Virus record (IMG/VR): IMGVR_UViG_3300020112_001619
Length of the DNA stretch: 64,000 bases
Direction: 5' to 3' (one strand)
Source: a virus
Shown here: one piece after another, positions 46,827 through 56,882 of the stretch
Layout of the letters: every line of letters starts with the position of its first letter
Numbering within the stretch: position 1 is the stretch's first letter
Translations under genes and position numbers: made by a program
Notes under the pieces: generated by a model
Told to the model about the DNA's origin: nothing
The model's database searches: none
The model's input: the letters and a program-made list of their open reading frames with translations, nothing else

Positions 46827-49607
46827 ATGAGGATAAAAAAATTAGAACATAATGAAAAAACATATGATGATCTAAGACCATATATTCTAAGAAAAGAAAA
46901 TTGTTGCGTTGTAAATCCTTGTGGTTCAGGAAAAAGCACAATTATAGCTTCCATCATTGAAGAATTTTATGAATTAGGTATTATTGTCATCACAAAACAA
47001 GCAAATGCAAAAGCTTATTATTACGAAAAATGCCCAATATTCGAACAACAGAATATACCAGTTATAACATACAATAGATTACATGATCTATATAAAAAAG
47101 ATAAATTAAAGAGCTTGAAAAACATCAAAATCTGTATTTTTGATGAAGCTCATTATATAGGAGCAAATAGTTGGTATGATTCTGTTACTGAATTATTAAA
47201 AATAACAGAAGCTACAGCAATCGGTGTTACAGCAACACCACAACGATACGAAGATCAAGGATCAGATCGATCAATTATTGATTTCTTTTCAGGTAATTCT
47301 GTAGGAAATTATACAGCAAAAGACCTTCAGAGAAAAGGTGTATTTATTGAGCCTGAGTACATTATTACATTGGCATCACTTGATACTGAAATCAATAAAC
47401 GAATTGATAAACTGAATGAAATAGATGATCTTACGGATAAAGAACGTGAAACTTATATAAGTCGATTAAATGAATTACAGGATAACTGGGCTGAAAAAGA
47501 ATGTCCTAAAGTAGTTATGTCAAAAGTATTAGATGATTACATGTATAGACCAAATGGAAATAAAATACTTGTATTTTCTAAAAATATTGAAGCAATTGCT
47601 AAAGACATGAAATATGTTAAAGATATTCTTGAATCAATATATCCTGACAAAAAGATTGGACTATATGAATACACTCATTTTAGCAGCGAATCTGTCTTAC
47701 AAGAATTTTTAACAAATGATACTAACTATATCAACGTTATATTTTCTGTTAATAAAATCTGTGAAACAATTCATATTCCAGATCTAAACGTACTAATATT
47801 TTTAAGAAGTTCTTATTCAAACAGGATCATTACACAACAGGCTGGCCGAGTTAATGATATTAATAATCCATACAAAAGTTTAATTCTCGATATGGTAGAC
47901 AATTTATCAAAATTTGGCAAAAAGAATAATCTTGATTCATTAGAAAATATTCAGAAAACTGTTAAAAAAGAACAGCAAGAAAATAAAACAACTGTACGAT
48001 TAAATCTATCTTATATGTATGGTTCTATTGGGTTGTTTAATAAAATTGACAGTTTAACAAAAAAATATCAGCTATATGATTATATGGGTGCAACAGGTAC
48101 AATCACTCAGTTATGTACTATTTTCAGAAAAGACAAAGATGAAGTTATGAAACTGATCAAAGATAATCAGTTATCAGTGTATGATGCATTAGACACTGTA
48201 CCTAGTCAAAGAAAATGGTCAAATGATATGTTAAATGATGATTCATATGATTTACTTACAAATATGGATTATACATTAACACCTGAAGATAACGAATTAG
48301 TCGAAAAATTTTACCCATACATTCAAGATATTGCAAAAACAAAAAATTGTACAGATGAAGATATTATTGGAAATGCTGCATTATATCTATGTAATATTGC
48401 ACATAAATACAATACTGAAAACATAACAACAAGTCAAAACATGTATTTCAGAAACAGTATTGCTAATTTCATAGTGAGATCTATGCGAAAAATGTATGAT
48501 CATAATGATATGATAGAAGATTCACTATCAGATGTCGTATCATCTGGCGAGTATGTATCAAAATATGCTGAACTTTCGGAATTAAAAGATATCATATTTG
48601 AATTATTAAATACTTTAACTGAAAAAGAACATCGTGTTATTGCTATGAGATTTAATATCTATGGTAATGGACCACAATCATTATTCAGTGCAGGACGTAT
48701 ACTTGGTGATGTATCTAGAGAACGAATAAGACAAATAGAAGCAAAAGCTATACGAAAATTACGACATCCTAGTAGATCAAGAAAATTAAAAGGTTTCTTA
48801 AATGGCGAAGAATTATCAGAAATTGAACCATATACTTATCTAACATATATAGGATCAGAAAATTTACCTGAAGCAAATGCTGAAGTATTCAGATGGATTA
48901 ATGAACATATCAATATGGCTATTTTGAAATACGGTCCTAATTATAAAGAAGAGTTTACCATCGTTCAAAAATCTGATACAAAATGTGAACCTGTTACAGA
49001 AAAAGAGTCAGTAGAATCTTTAAACAAACGCTTAAATAAAGTAGTTCTTAAAACTGCTGAAAAAAGAGTTGGTATTCGTATTAATAGACCAGTTAAATAC
49101 GACAAAATCACAATAAAAAAGTATCGAGGTGATCAATATCAAATTGGAAAGACACAAGCAATTGACAACATACAGTCTGTTACAACATATGAATACATTG
49201 ACGCTATTGACGCCACAGTTGCTTCAACATTATCAAATCTGCTGAATAACAATGAGAATCCTTTCTGGATTCATGACGCATTATTCAAACCTTTTGAAGA
49301 TGTAAAATATAAACATATCTTACATCCTGCTGTAAAAGAGATTTTAAAACAAAATCAAATAATTTCACCTGCATTCTTAATAACAAAGACAAGAGATGAA
49401 ATTCACGAATTATTAACAGTAGGTGCAAGACTTAAAGCGGCTCAATGCTACAAAGTAGATGCTTTATTATCAGATGATGATATTTGGTTTATGAAAAACT
49501 TCGGTGAAATCATAAAAATATTAGAAGGAAGCGTTGAAACATTAGAAGCAATCAAAAGAGAAGCATTATCACTTTTATATGATCAAAACATCGAAATTGT
49601 TTGTTAG
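46827..49607 (+). CDS. fusion protein: SF2 helicase-like N-terminal domain plus sigma-70 region 2/region 4 domains plus about 290-aa unknown C-terminal extension
   Basis: Helicase motifs [26 protein letters not shown] are paralogous to the 1996 protein. Sigma region 2-like [18 protein letters not shown]...[17 protein letters not shown]. Region 4.2 [53 protein letters not shown] nearly matches the RpoD consensus. Confidence 0.7.
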   Translation: MRIKKLEHNEKTYDDLRPYILRKENCCVVNPCGSGKSTIIASIIEEFYELGIIVITKQANAKAYYYEKCPIFEQQNIPVITYNRLHDLYKKDKLKSLKNIKICIFDEAHYIGANSWYDSVTELLKITEATAIGVTATPQRYEDQGSDRSIIDFFSGNSVGNYTAKDLQRKGVFIEPEYIITLASLDTEINKRIDKLNEIDDLTDKERETYISRLNELQDNWAEKECPKVVMSKVLDDYMYRPNGNKILVFSKNIEAIAKDMKYVKDILESIYPDKKIGLYEYTHFSSESVLQEFLTNDTNYINVIFSVNKICETIHIPDLNVLIFLRSSYSNRIITQQAGRVNDINNPYKSLILDMVDNLSKFGKKNNLDSLENIQKTVKKEQQENKTTVRLNLSYMYGSIGLFNKIDSLTKKYQLYDYMGATGTITQLCTIFRKDKDEVMKLIKDNQLSVYDALDTVPSQRKWSNDMLNDDSYDLLTNMDYTLTPEDNELVEKFYPYIQDIAKTKNCTDEDIIGNAALYLCNIAHKYNTENITTSQNMYFRNSIANFIVRSMRKMYDHNDMIEDSLSDVVSSGEYVSKYAELSELKDIIFELLNTLTEKEHRVIAMRFNIYGNGPQSLFSAGRILGDVSRERIRQIEAKAIRKLRHPSRSRKLKGFLNGEELSEIEPYTYLTYIGSENLPEANAEVFRWINEHINMAILKYGPNYKEEFTIVQKSDTKCEPVTEKESVESLNKRLNKVVLKTAEKRVGIRINRPVKYDKITIKKYRGDQYQIGKTQAIDNIQSVTTYEYIDAIDATVASTLSNLLNNNENPFWIHDALFKPFEDVKYKHILHPAVKEILKQNQIISPAFLITKTRDEIHELLTVGARLKAAQCYKVDALLSDDDIWFMKNFGEIIKILEGSVETLEAIKREALSLLYDQNIEIVC

Positions 49608-49616
49608 GAGAACTAT

Positions 49617-50024
49617 ATGCAGGAACGACAAATTAAACGATATAAAAAGATAACCCCTCAGTCTATGAGGGAGTTATCTGAACGAATTATCAATTACTTT
49701 GATAAAAAAGGTTATTGGTCAGATTGTGCAATTTATGTAGATGGCGAACGCTGGTCATCTGATAATTATGGAAACAGCAACAAAATTGCACAAAAAACTA
49801 AAAAAGATGTTGTATATTATGTAGAGTATGACATTGATGTCAATGATTACTTAAAGTATAATAACCCTAAAGCAATAAGCATCATATTCGATGGTTCACC
49901 TCTTTATATGGAGATATTCAATAATTTTGATATTGTTTGGAACCTATCTGAACGATTTTTAGCACCATACAAATTGTATTTTGAATTAGGTGACCAATGG
50001 AATATGACAGCGTATTCAATTTAA
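49617..50024 (+). CDS. hypothetical protein
   Basis: ORF with AGGAGA ribosome-binding site. Confidence 0.4.
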   Translation: MQERQIKRYKKITPQSMRELSERIINYFDKKGYWSDCAIYVDGERWSSDNYGNSNKIAQKTKKDVVYYVEYDIDVNDYLKYNNPKAISIIFDGSPLYMEIFNNFDIVWNLSERFLAPYKLYFELGDQWNMTAYSI

Positions 50025-50048
50025 TAATTAGTAAAGGAGTGATTATTT

Positions 50049-50261
50049 ATGTCTAGCAATTATATTATTACAGTAAACAACGATCAGACTTTTGGTGGTT
50101 GGGGCCGTTTTGGCGAAATCTTGATCAACGATAAAGACAGATCAAACCTTGCATACAGAATGACCAAAACTCTTGCTACAAGAACTGTACCAAAGATTGA
50201 AGCATTCTTAAAAGAAAAAGGTATATCCAACAGAAGTCTTGAAATCAAAAAGATCGCTTAA
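50049..50261 (+). CDS. hypothetical protein
   Basis: ORF with AAGGAG ribosome-binding site. Confidence 0.4.
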   Translation: MSSNYIITVNNDQTFGGWGRFGEILINDKDRSNLAYRMTKTLATRTVPKIEAFLKEKGISNRSLEIKKIA

Positions 50262-50265
50262 TAAA

Positions 50266-50302
50266 AAGCAAGTATCTACAGAAATGTAGGCTTGCTTTTT
50301 TA
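50266..50302 (+). terminator. rho-independent terminator
   Basis: GCAAG...CTTGC hairpin followed by TTTTTT. Confidence 0.6.
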
Positions 50303-50355
50303 AGTCTACATCTATTAAACTATAGAATAATGATTAGAACGGAGGAACCCACATT

Positions 50356-50775
50356 ATGTTGATATTTGTAACATTTTTACTACTCGTTTTCGCATCAACA
50401 CTCATCTACGCATCTATGAATGTAATGAAAACAACTTCATATCTCAAAAAAGTATGTACCAGTACAATATCTGGCACAATTACAAAAAATGAAATAGACA
50501 GTAATTACCATGATGGAATGAATTACGACATATTTTATCCAGTTGTTAAGTACGCTGTAAATAACAACATATATGAAGCCGCTACTCATTTTGGAACTAT
50601 AAAACAAATATATAAAGAAAATGATACAGTTGATGTACATATTAATCCTAGCAATCCAAAAGATTTTTGGATCAAACATTATTTAAATTTCAACGATATA
50701 TGGCTTATGCTTCCATCAGCAGCTGTAGCCATAGAATTAGCTATATACTGTGCTGTATTAACATTTATATCATAG
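50356..50775 (+). CDS. two-TM membrane protein (DUF3592-like topology)
   Basis: N- and C-terminal TM helices flank a beta-rich soluble domain. Confidence 0.4.
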   Translation: MLIFVTFLLLVFASTLIYASMNVMKTTSYLKKVCTSTISGTITKNEIDSNYHDGMNYDIFYPVVKYAVNNNIYEAATHFGTIKQIYKENDTVDVHINPSNPKDFWIKHYLNFNDIWLMLPSAAVAIELAIYCAVLTFIS

Positions 50776-50776
50776 T

Positions 50777-51049
50777 ATGAAAGAATCAAGCTACAACAGA
50801 CAATTAGAGAGATATATTTATAACAAATTATATGAAACATTTGGATACCCAAAAATTGAAAATATGTATAATGGGAAAACAAGAACACATATCCCAACTG
50901 AATCAATTAAAGGATATGAACATGTTTTATATGTCGCAAAAATGATATACTCTATAAAACATGATGAGATACTAAAAACGAATGTATTAATGTCTGAAGA
51001 TCAATACAATAAAATAATTGATATTGTGGACAATATATTCAACATCTAA
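50777..51049 (+). CDS. hypothetical protein
   Basis: ORF with no clear ribosome-binding site. Confidence 0.3.
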   Translation: MKESSYNRQLERYIYNKLYETFGYPKIENMYNGKTRTHIPTESIKGYEHVLYVAKMIYSIKHDEILKTNVLMSEDQYNKIIDIVDNIFNI

Positions 51050-51066
51050 AGTAACGAGGTATTAGA

Positions 51067-51951
51067 ATGGCAACAAAAGGTGATGAATACACACAACACA
51101 CTCTAAGGGAAATTATGAATTATGGATTTTTAGATGTAAATCCTAGACCTAAATACCCTGATGGAACGCCTGCACATACATTAAGTGTAAATCACAAAAT
51201 GTTTCAATATAATCTGCAGGAACACGAAAGTCCAATGTTAACATTAAGACCAATAGCGTGGAAATCAGCAATTAAAGAAATACTTTGGATTTATCAAATG
51301 CAGAGTAATTCACTTGATGATCTCCACAAACTAGATATTAAATATTGGGATCAGTGGGATATTGGAAACGGCACTATCGGATGTCGATATGGTGCAACTG
51401 TAAAAAAACACAACTTAATAAATAAATTGTTAGATGGTTTAAAAAATGATCCATTTGGACGACGTCACATTATGTGTATGTGGCAAGAAGATGATTTTCA
51501 TGATGCTACTGGAGGAACTGATAAAGGGTTAAACCCATGTTGTTATGAAACAATATGGAACGTAAGAAAAGTCCCACACAACCATGTGGAAGGACAAGAT
51601 ACAATCTATTTAGATATGCTTATGAATCAGAGAAGTTCAGACTATGCTGTATCAAATTCAATTAATGAAATTCAATACATTGCATTACTTTTAATGGTTG
51701 CAAAACATTGTGGTTTTGAACCAGGCGTGTTTACTCATATATCTGAAAATGTTCAAATTTATAACAGACACACAGAGCAAGCTGAAATTCTTTGTAAGAG
51801 AACACCGTTGGGATCAAATCCATATCTTGTATTAGACACAGATAAAACTAATTTCTTTGATTTTGATATCACAGATTTTAAAATGATGGATTTTAACTTA
51901 GGTGAAGTAAAAGCACATAACCCTCAGTTAACTTTTGATTTAGGCGTTTAA
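51067..51951 (+). CDS. thymidylate synthase (ThyA) family enzyme, diverged; dUMP-type Asn retained
   Basis: RRHIMCMWQ (R-R...W), NPCC (nucleophile Cys region), QRSSDYAVSNSINEIQY aligning to QRSCDVFLGLPFNIASY with the Asn conserved. The GLPF and DTHLY regions are diverged. Confidence 0.7.
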   Translation: MATKGDEYTQHTLREIMNYGFLDVNPRPKYPDGTPAHTLSVNHKMFQYNLQEHESPMLTLRPIAWKSAIKEILWIYQMQSNSLDDLHKLDIKYWDQWDIGNGTIGCRYGATVKKHNLINKLLDGLKNDPFGRRHIMCMWQEDDFHDATGGTDKGLNPCCYETIWNVRKVPHNHVEGQDTIYLDMLMNQRSSDYAVSNSINEIQYIALLLMVAKHCGFEPGVFTHISENVQIYNRHTEQAEILCKRTPLGSNPYLVLDTDKTNFFDFDITDFKMMDFNLGEVKAHNPQLTFDLGV

Positions 51952-51955
51952 TATT

Positions 51956-51992
51956 AAACAGGATTATCAACTCACGGTAATCCTGTTTCTAA
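51956..51992 (+). terminator. rho-independent terminator
   Basis: AACAGGATTAT...TAATCCTGTT followed by TCT. Confidence 0.55.
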
Positions 51993-52096
51993 TTAAGAAT
52001 CTAAATTGATAGTCTATTAAATTTTATAAAAATAAAAATCAGATATACCACATTCGTTACATAATGTGATGCACAATTTTATACAATCATTGTCCA

Positions 52097-52135
52097 AAAA
52101 CACCTGACACTATCGTGCCAGGTGTTTTTACTACA
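52097..52135. terminator. bidirectional-looking hairpin terminator flanked by ACAAT-N-ATTGT palindromes
   Basis: AAAACACCTG-(12 nt)-CAGGTGTTTT. Palindromes ACAATCATTGT at about 52083 and GACAATAATTGTC at about 52143. Confidence 0.5.
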
Positions 52136-52326
52136 ATTTTTGACAATAATTGTCGTAAGCATATCTAGACCATTAATACACTGTAGTGTAACTCGCTAAA
52201 ACATACAAACAATTCATTATTTGTTTATTAGCACAATAAAAAATACAAAAAACAATGGTTTAAAGCTTATCAAATCAAAAAACTTAATGAAACCTGACAA
52301 CATTAAATTGAATGGAGGAGTTAACG

Positions 52327-52977
52327 ATGATTAATAATGATTTGTATGAACGAACTATTGCATTTGTAGACACTATATGTGGTAAAGATACAAGTGGTCA
52401 TGACACAGAGCATGCTATTAATGTATGCTCATTAGCTGTAAAAATAGCAAATTTAGAAAACAATATCGATATGGACAAAGTACAGTTAGCAGCATTGCTG
52501 CATGATGTCGATGATCATAAATTATCACCAAACACATATGAAACAAAACAAAATGCACGTGATTTTTTAAAATCTGAAAAATTTAATGATGAATATATAA
52601 ATGAAATATGTAATATTATTAATGGCGTATCATGGTCGCATAATCGTGGTAAAAAACCAGCAAATATAGAAACAGCTTGTGTACAAGATGCTGACCGTAT
52701 TACAGCTATTGGTGCTGTAGGTATTGCTAGAGCATGTGCTTATGGCGGTAGCGTAGGAAACCCGTTAAGTGAAACCATTAAGCATTTTTATGACAAATTA
52801 TTGCATGTACGTGGTGAATTAAATACTGAAAGTGCAAAAATAATCAGTAGACCACATCAAGAAATCATGCTTAATTTTCTAGAACAATATCATACAAATA
52901 TGAATCAACAATGTCCACAAATGTTGTATGATAAAATAAATGAATTAAAACAAGAAAATATGTTGATAAAATTATAA
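52327..52977 (+). CDS. HD-domain phosphohydrolase
   Basis: H...HD (HDTEHAINV) and LHDVDD motifs. ATG at 52327 after GGAGG (track start 52312 is the ribosome-binding site). Confidence 0.65.
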   Translation: MINNDLYERTIAFVDTICGKDTSGHDTEHAINVCSLAVKIANLENNIDMDKVQLAALLHDVDDHKLSPNTYETKQNARDFLKSEKFNDEYINEICNIINGVSWSHNRGKKPANIETACVQDADRITAIGAVGIARACAYGGSVGNPLSETIKHFYDKLLHVRGELNTESAKIISRPHQEIMLNFLEQYHTNMNQQCPQMLYDKINELKQENMLIKL

Positions 52978-52994
52978 AAAGAAAGGACATTCTC

Positions 52995-53195
52995 ATGGGA
53001 AAAATATTTACATTTTATGAAGTAAAGCACAGGGTATCTTGGGATCGTTTTGAATCACAAGGCAAATTTGCAACACTAGCCGCTGCCAGAAACTATATCA
53101 AAAATGCAAATCAAATGGATTTATCCATAACAGAACATATTTTTACAATAAATCCTGACAATACAATTACTGATTCTCAGACAATAAATGTTTAG
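52995..53195 (+). CDS. hypothetical protein
   Basis: ORF with AAAGGA ribosome-binding site. Confidence 0.4.
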   Translation: MGKIFTFYEVKHRVSWDRFESQGKFATLAAARNYIKNANQMDLSITEHIFTINPDNTITDSQTINV

Positions 53196-53208
53196 AAAGG
53201 TTGTTCAT

Positions 53209-53436
53209 ATGGGAAAATATTTTAAATACAATACTGATTTTAAACCTCGATATCCTGAGGATTTTAATAAAATCAAACGTTATTTAGAAGCTGTTGGTAC
53301 TTTAAACTGTACTGATGAAAAACTTGAAGAATTATATGCTGAATTTAGTGAAGACAAATATGCAGCTGGTTGGTTAATAATTGATCATACTATATTAGAA
53401 GAATTTGCAAATTATCTGAACAACATGGAGAACTAA
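53209..53436 (+). CDS. hypothetical protein
   Basis: ATG at 53209 after AGAAAGG. Confidence 0.4.
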   Translation: MGKYFKYNTDFKPRYPEDFNKIKRYLEAVGTLNCTDEKLEELYAEFSEDKYAAGWLIIDHTILEEFANYLNNMEN

Positions 53437-53438
53437 TT

Positions 53439-53975
53439 ATGGCAAATTACAAAATTGAAAATGTAGATATCTACAATAACCACAACGATGTATATATCAT
53501 ACCTGATTATATCTATGATGTTTTAAAAAATATCAATGATAGACAATCATCAGAAAACAACACTAAATATATTTTTAAAAATAGAATTATAAGTGAAACA
53601 GACGAAAAATATGACTCAATATATCCAAGTACAACACCTAGCTATATTTGTTTTGAATCAAATCCAAATAGCCAATGTGATATCACTTTATGGACATATG
53701 ACGATGGACATATTCATATAAACGACGGCTGTTATCCTATGGTTATTCGTTATGTGTTCGAATTATTAGGTATTCAAGAAGCATGTATGGAAGGTCATTT
53801 TGACATGACTAGAGGACCTATTACATTAAATGATATTTTAGAAATTACAAAATATTATGATTCAAGTTCCATCACAGGTCCAAAATCATATAGTGATTTA
53901 TTAGATGATTATTGCACTAATCTTAAATTACTTAGTGATGGAATTATTGAAGAAGGTGAACGATACATACATTAG
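53439..53975 (+). CDS. hypothetical protein
   Basis: ORF with GGAG ribosome-binding site. Confidence 0.45.
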   Translation: MANYKIENVDIYNNHNDVYIIPDYIYDVLKNINDRQSSENNTKYIFKNRIISETDEKYDSIYPSTTPSYICFESNPNSQCDITLWTYDDGHIHINDGCYPMVIRYVFELLGIQEACMEGHFDMTRGPITLNDILEITKYYDSSSITGPKSYSDLLDDYCTNLKLLSDGIIEEGERYIH

Positions 53976-54122
53976 ATTAATAATGGAACAACTGATAAAA
54001 CTGAATTGCAGACATTATTAAATCAGATCACACCTTTATTATCTGATATTGAATGTAAAATCAATCAACTTAAATCAATTTCAAATAAAATTTACACACT
54101 TGAATAAAAGGAAAATCAAATA

Positions 54123-55061
54123 ATGCAGATTAAAACTTGGAGAGATCCATATGATGCTGGTTTTTCACCAACAACACCTACAGAAATAACCATCAATCCG
54201 GGTTTAACTGTATTAGTTGGTTGTAACGGTGCTGGTAAAACCACTTTATTACATAATATAAAAGATGTTTGTCGTGATTCAAACACACCTTGTCATCTAT
54301 TTGATAATTTATCTGACGGAGGTAATAACGCCTGGGGATTTTTACTAGGTGGTGGCACTGAATTTGAAGGTGACGATTATGGACTTGGTGGATTATTATT
54401 TTCATCATCTGAAGGTGAAAGTATTAAAGTCAACATTGGCCGCCAAAGCACAAAATATAAAGAGTTTTTAAGAACTGGCTATTTCAAAAATAAAAGCCAT
54501 AATTTTGCAAAAATATTTCATGATGATATGCCTGATATTGTAAACAGTAATGTCAGAATTTTATTATTTGATGCTACTGATTCTGGTATGAGTATTGACG
54601 CTATCTGTGAAATTAAAGCTCTTTTCAAATTAGTTTTAGAAGATGCTGCAAAATTAAATTTAGAAACTTACATCATAATTTCTGCAAATGAATACGAATT
54701 ATGTAGAAATGAAAACTGTTTTGACGTAAATACCGGTAAATACGTAACCTTTAAAGACTACGAAGATTATCGCAAATTTATAATTGGTAGTCGTAAGAAA
54801 AAAGAAAAACGTATTGAAAAACAGCAAATTTGGCGTGACAAAAAGAAACAGCAAGAAATCAAAACATACGAAAAGTTAAAAGCTGAAACTATTGAAAAAC
54901 TAAATAAATTAAAAGCAAAATACATTAATAATCATGAATCTTATAGCATAAAATGGCAAATGGACGATGTTGTTCGCAAATTTGACGATTTTATTAGACA
55001 CGCTAGATTTAACGATTTTGAAAGTATTGATATCAATCAATTTATGGAGGATAAAGAATGA
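54123..55061 (+). CDS. compact ABC-type ATPase (AAA_21-like) with Lys/Glu-rich coiled-coil tail
   Basis: Walker A GCNGAGKTT. Signature-like LFSSSEGES. Walker B and D-loop ILLFDATDSGMS. C-terminal KKKEKRIEKQQIWRDKKKQQEIK. Confidence 0.55.
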   Translation: MQIKTWRDPYDAGFSPTTPTEITINPGLTVLVGCNGAGKTTLLHNIKDVCRDSNTPCHLFDNLSDGGNNAWGFLLGGGTEFEGDDYGLGGLLFSSSEGESIKVNIGRQSTKYKEFLRTGYFKNKSHNFAKIFHDDMPDIVNSNVRILLFDATDSGMSIDAICEIKALFKLVLEDAAKLNLETYIIISANEYELCRNENCFDVNTGKYVTFKDYEDYRKFIIGSRKKKEKRIEKQQIWRDKKKQQEIKTYEKLKAETIEKLNKLKAKYINNHESYSIKWQMDDVVRKFDDFIRHARFNDFESIDINQFMEDKE

Positions 55062-55351
55062 TATTAGCAGCTGCAATTAAATATCATATCGACGCTACAG
55101 ACTCTGACGTAGTTTTATGCGGAGCCAGACACGGTGACGTGTTTGTACAATTAAAGCAATTAGGTTTTGAAGCCAGAAAAGGCTACACAGAAATTGAACA
55201 AGGTTTTATCGATCATAAAAACAACTTCTTGACCAGAGAAGAAGCATATGAGCATGCAAAAATGTGTGGTCAGATATGTGAAAAAATTCAATACGAAAGA
55301 GAAGAAAAAGGATTATTTGGAAAACAAATGATCTCAGAAGATTTATGGTGA
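55058..55351 (+). CDS. hypothetical protein (translationally coupled to ATPase)
   Basis: ATGA overlap with the upstream gene. Confidence 0.4.
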   Translation: MILAAAIKYHIDATDSDVVLCGARHGDVFVQLKQLGFEARKGYTEIEQGFIDHKNNFLTREEAYEHAKMCGQICEKIQYEREEKGLFGKQMISEDLW

Positions 55352-55423
55352 TTTAGATTAAAAAAATTACAAAATAATTTTCAAATATTTAAACTGCTTA
55401 AAATTACATAGAAGGGTGTTAAT

Positions 55424-56173
55424 ATGATAAAAGATCACGAAGGACATGAATTCGAATCTATAACCGATAAATGTAAAGTGTATAATATATCACGAACGAC
55501 ATATAGAAATCGTATCAAAAAAGGTATGTCAGAAAAAGAAGCATTAACAACACCTGTTAAACGAAAACAACAATCTATAAATTATAACGGTGTTCATTAC
55601 AATAAATTATCAACATTTTTAAAAGCGTACAATTTATCAATGAGTGATTATTATAATGCTAAAAATCTTGGTTGGTCATTAGACGAACTTGTCCATAAAT
55701 CAAAATCATTTGATTGTGTTGACCCATATGGTAACACTTTTAATAATATGCAATCGTTATTAAAGCATTATAATATAAGTAAAAAACAATACTATTATTG
55801 GTTAGATAAAGGTAAAACATTAAAAGAAATAATAGATTTACAGTATTCAAAGCATCATATATGTGATCCATTTAACAATGAATTTGATTCTGTAGACCTT
55901 ATGTACAAATGTTACAATTTACCAAAACACATATATCAATCAAGAAAAGACAGAAATCTACCAATATCTCAAGTATTAGGTATTGTACCAATGCCTTCAA
56001 AATTACATCAAATCAATAATTCTGATTATTACATACTCAAAACCGATGATTACGGTGAAATCATAATACCTTTTGAAACATTAGAGAAATACTATATTTC
56101 AAAATTTGATCAATCAAAACTTGATAAGTCTTATATGATAAATAATAACGAAGAACTTAATAAGATTCAGTAA
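55424..56173 (+). CDS. tandem helix-turn-helix-like (NUMOD1-like) repeat protein, paralog 5 (4 repeats plus C-terminal domain)
   Basis: DHEGHEFESITDKCKVYNISRTTYRNRIKKGMSEKEALT and three further degenerate units. C-terminal GIVPMP...DYYILKTDDYGEI. Confidence 0.55.
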   Translation: MIKDHEGHEFESITDKCKVYNISRTTYRNRIKKGMSEKEALTTPVKRKQQSINYNGVHYNKLSTFLKAYNLSMSDYYNAKNLGWSLDELVHKSKSFDCVDPYGNTFNNMQSLLKHYNISKKQYYYWLDKGKTLKEIIDLQYSKHHICDPFNNEFDSVDLMYKCYNLPKHIYQSRKDRNLPISQVLGIVPMPSKLHQINNSDYYILKTDDYGEIIIPFETLEKYYISKFDQSKLDKSYMINNNEELNKIQ

Positions 56174-56264
56174 AAACTAATTTATAATATCATATATGCC
56201 CTCAAACTCTTTAACATAACAACACACCATTTGTAACACAATTACAAAACGAGAAATATTAAAT

Positions 56265-56789
56265 ATGTACATAACAGACATAAAAGAATTAGAAAACTTT
56301 ATAATTGATGAATACAAGATATTTCACCCACAGAGAAACCCAAAAGCAGACATCATAGCATATATATCAAGCAACGGAATTGATAGCGTTTATGATGTAT
56401 TTTATGACGAAAATACAGGTCAATATATAGATGGTTATGGTATGCCTTGTGAATATGCAATTACAGAATGCATGCTTACAACACCATCAAAACAAAAAAT
56501 CGAAGAAATGGAAAAACGTGATAATACACTATTATGCGCCGAATTCTATTACAAAGCAGTAATACATCTTCCTATAAAAGAATATCTGTCCGGCGATTTA
56601 AGAATATACATTGAAAGTATCAGTCATAAACGAATGAAAGGTTTCGTGACAACAACAGATTATGTGGCTGCAGATGATGAAATTGCTTTAAATTGTCAAC
56701 TTTGGCAAACAAGCAAATTAAACAGAAAATGTGTTAATATTGATGAAATTCCCGATTATCTAGATGCAAAAATTGTTTTCAAATCATAA
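56265..56789 (+). CDS. hypothetical protein
   Basis: ORF in the coding strand. Confidence 0.4.
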   Translation: MYITDIKELENFIIDEYKIFHPQRNPKADIIAYISSNGIDSVYDVFYDENTGQYIDGYGMPCEYAITECMLTTPSKQKIEEMEKRDNTLLCAEFYYKAVIHLPIKEYLSGDLRIYIESISHKRMKGFVTTTDYVAADDEIALNCQLWQTSKLNRKCVNIDEIPDYLDAKIVFKS

Positions 56790-56845
56790 TTTACATTGCA
56801 ATAAATAAAACCTAATCGATTAAAAATAACTAAAAAAAAGCACCT

Positions 56846-56882
56846 ATCGTAGAACAAAATCTTCAATAGGTGTTTTTAAATT
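56846..56882 (+). terminator. rho-independent terminator
   Basis: GCACCTAT...ATAGGTG followed by TTTTTAAA. Confidence 0.55.
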
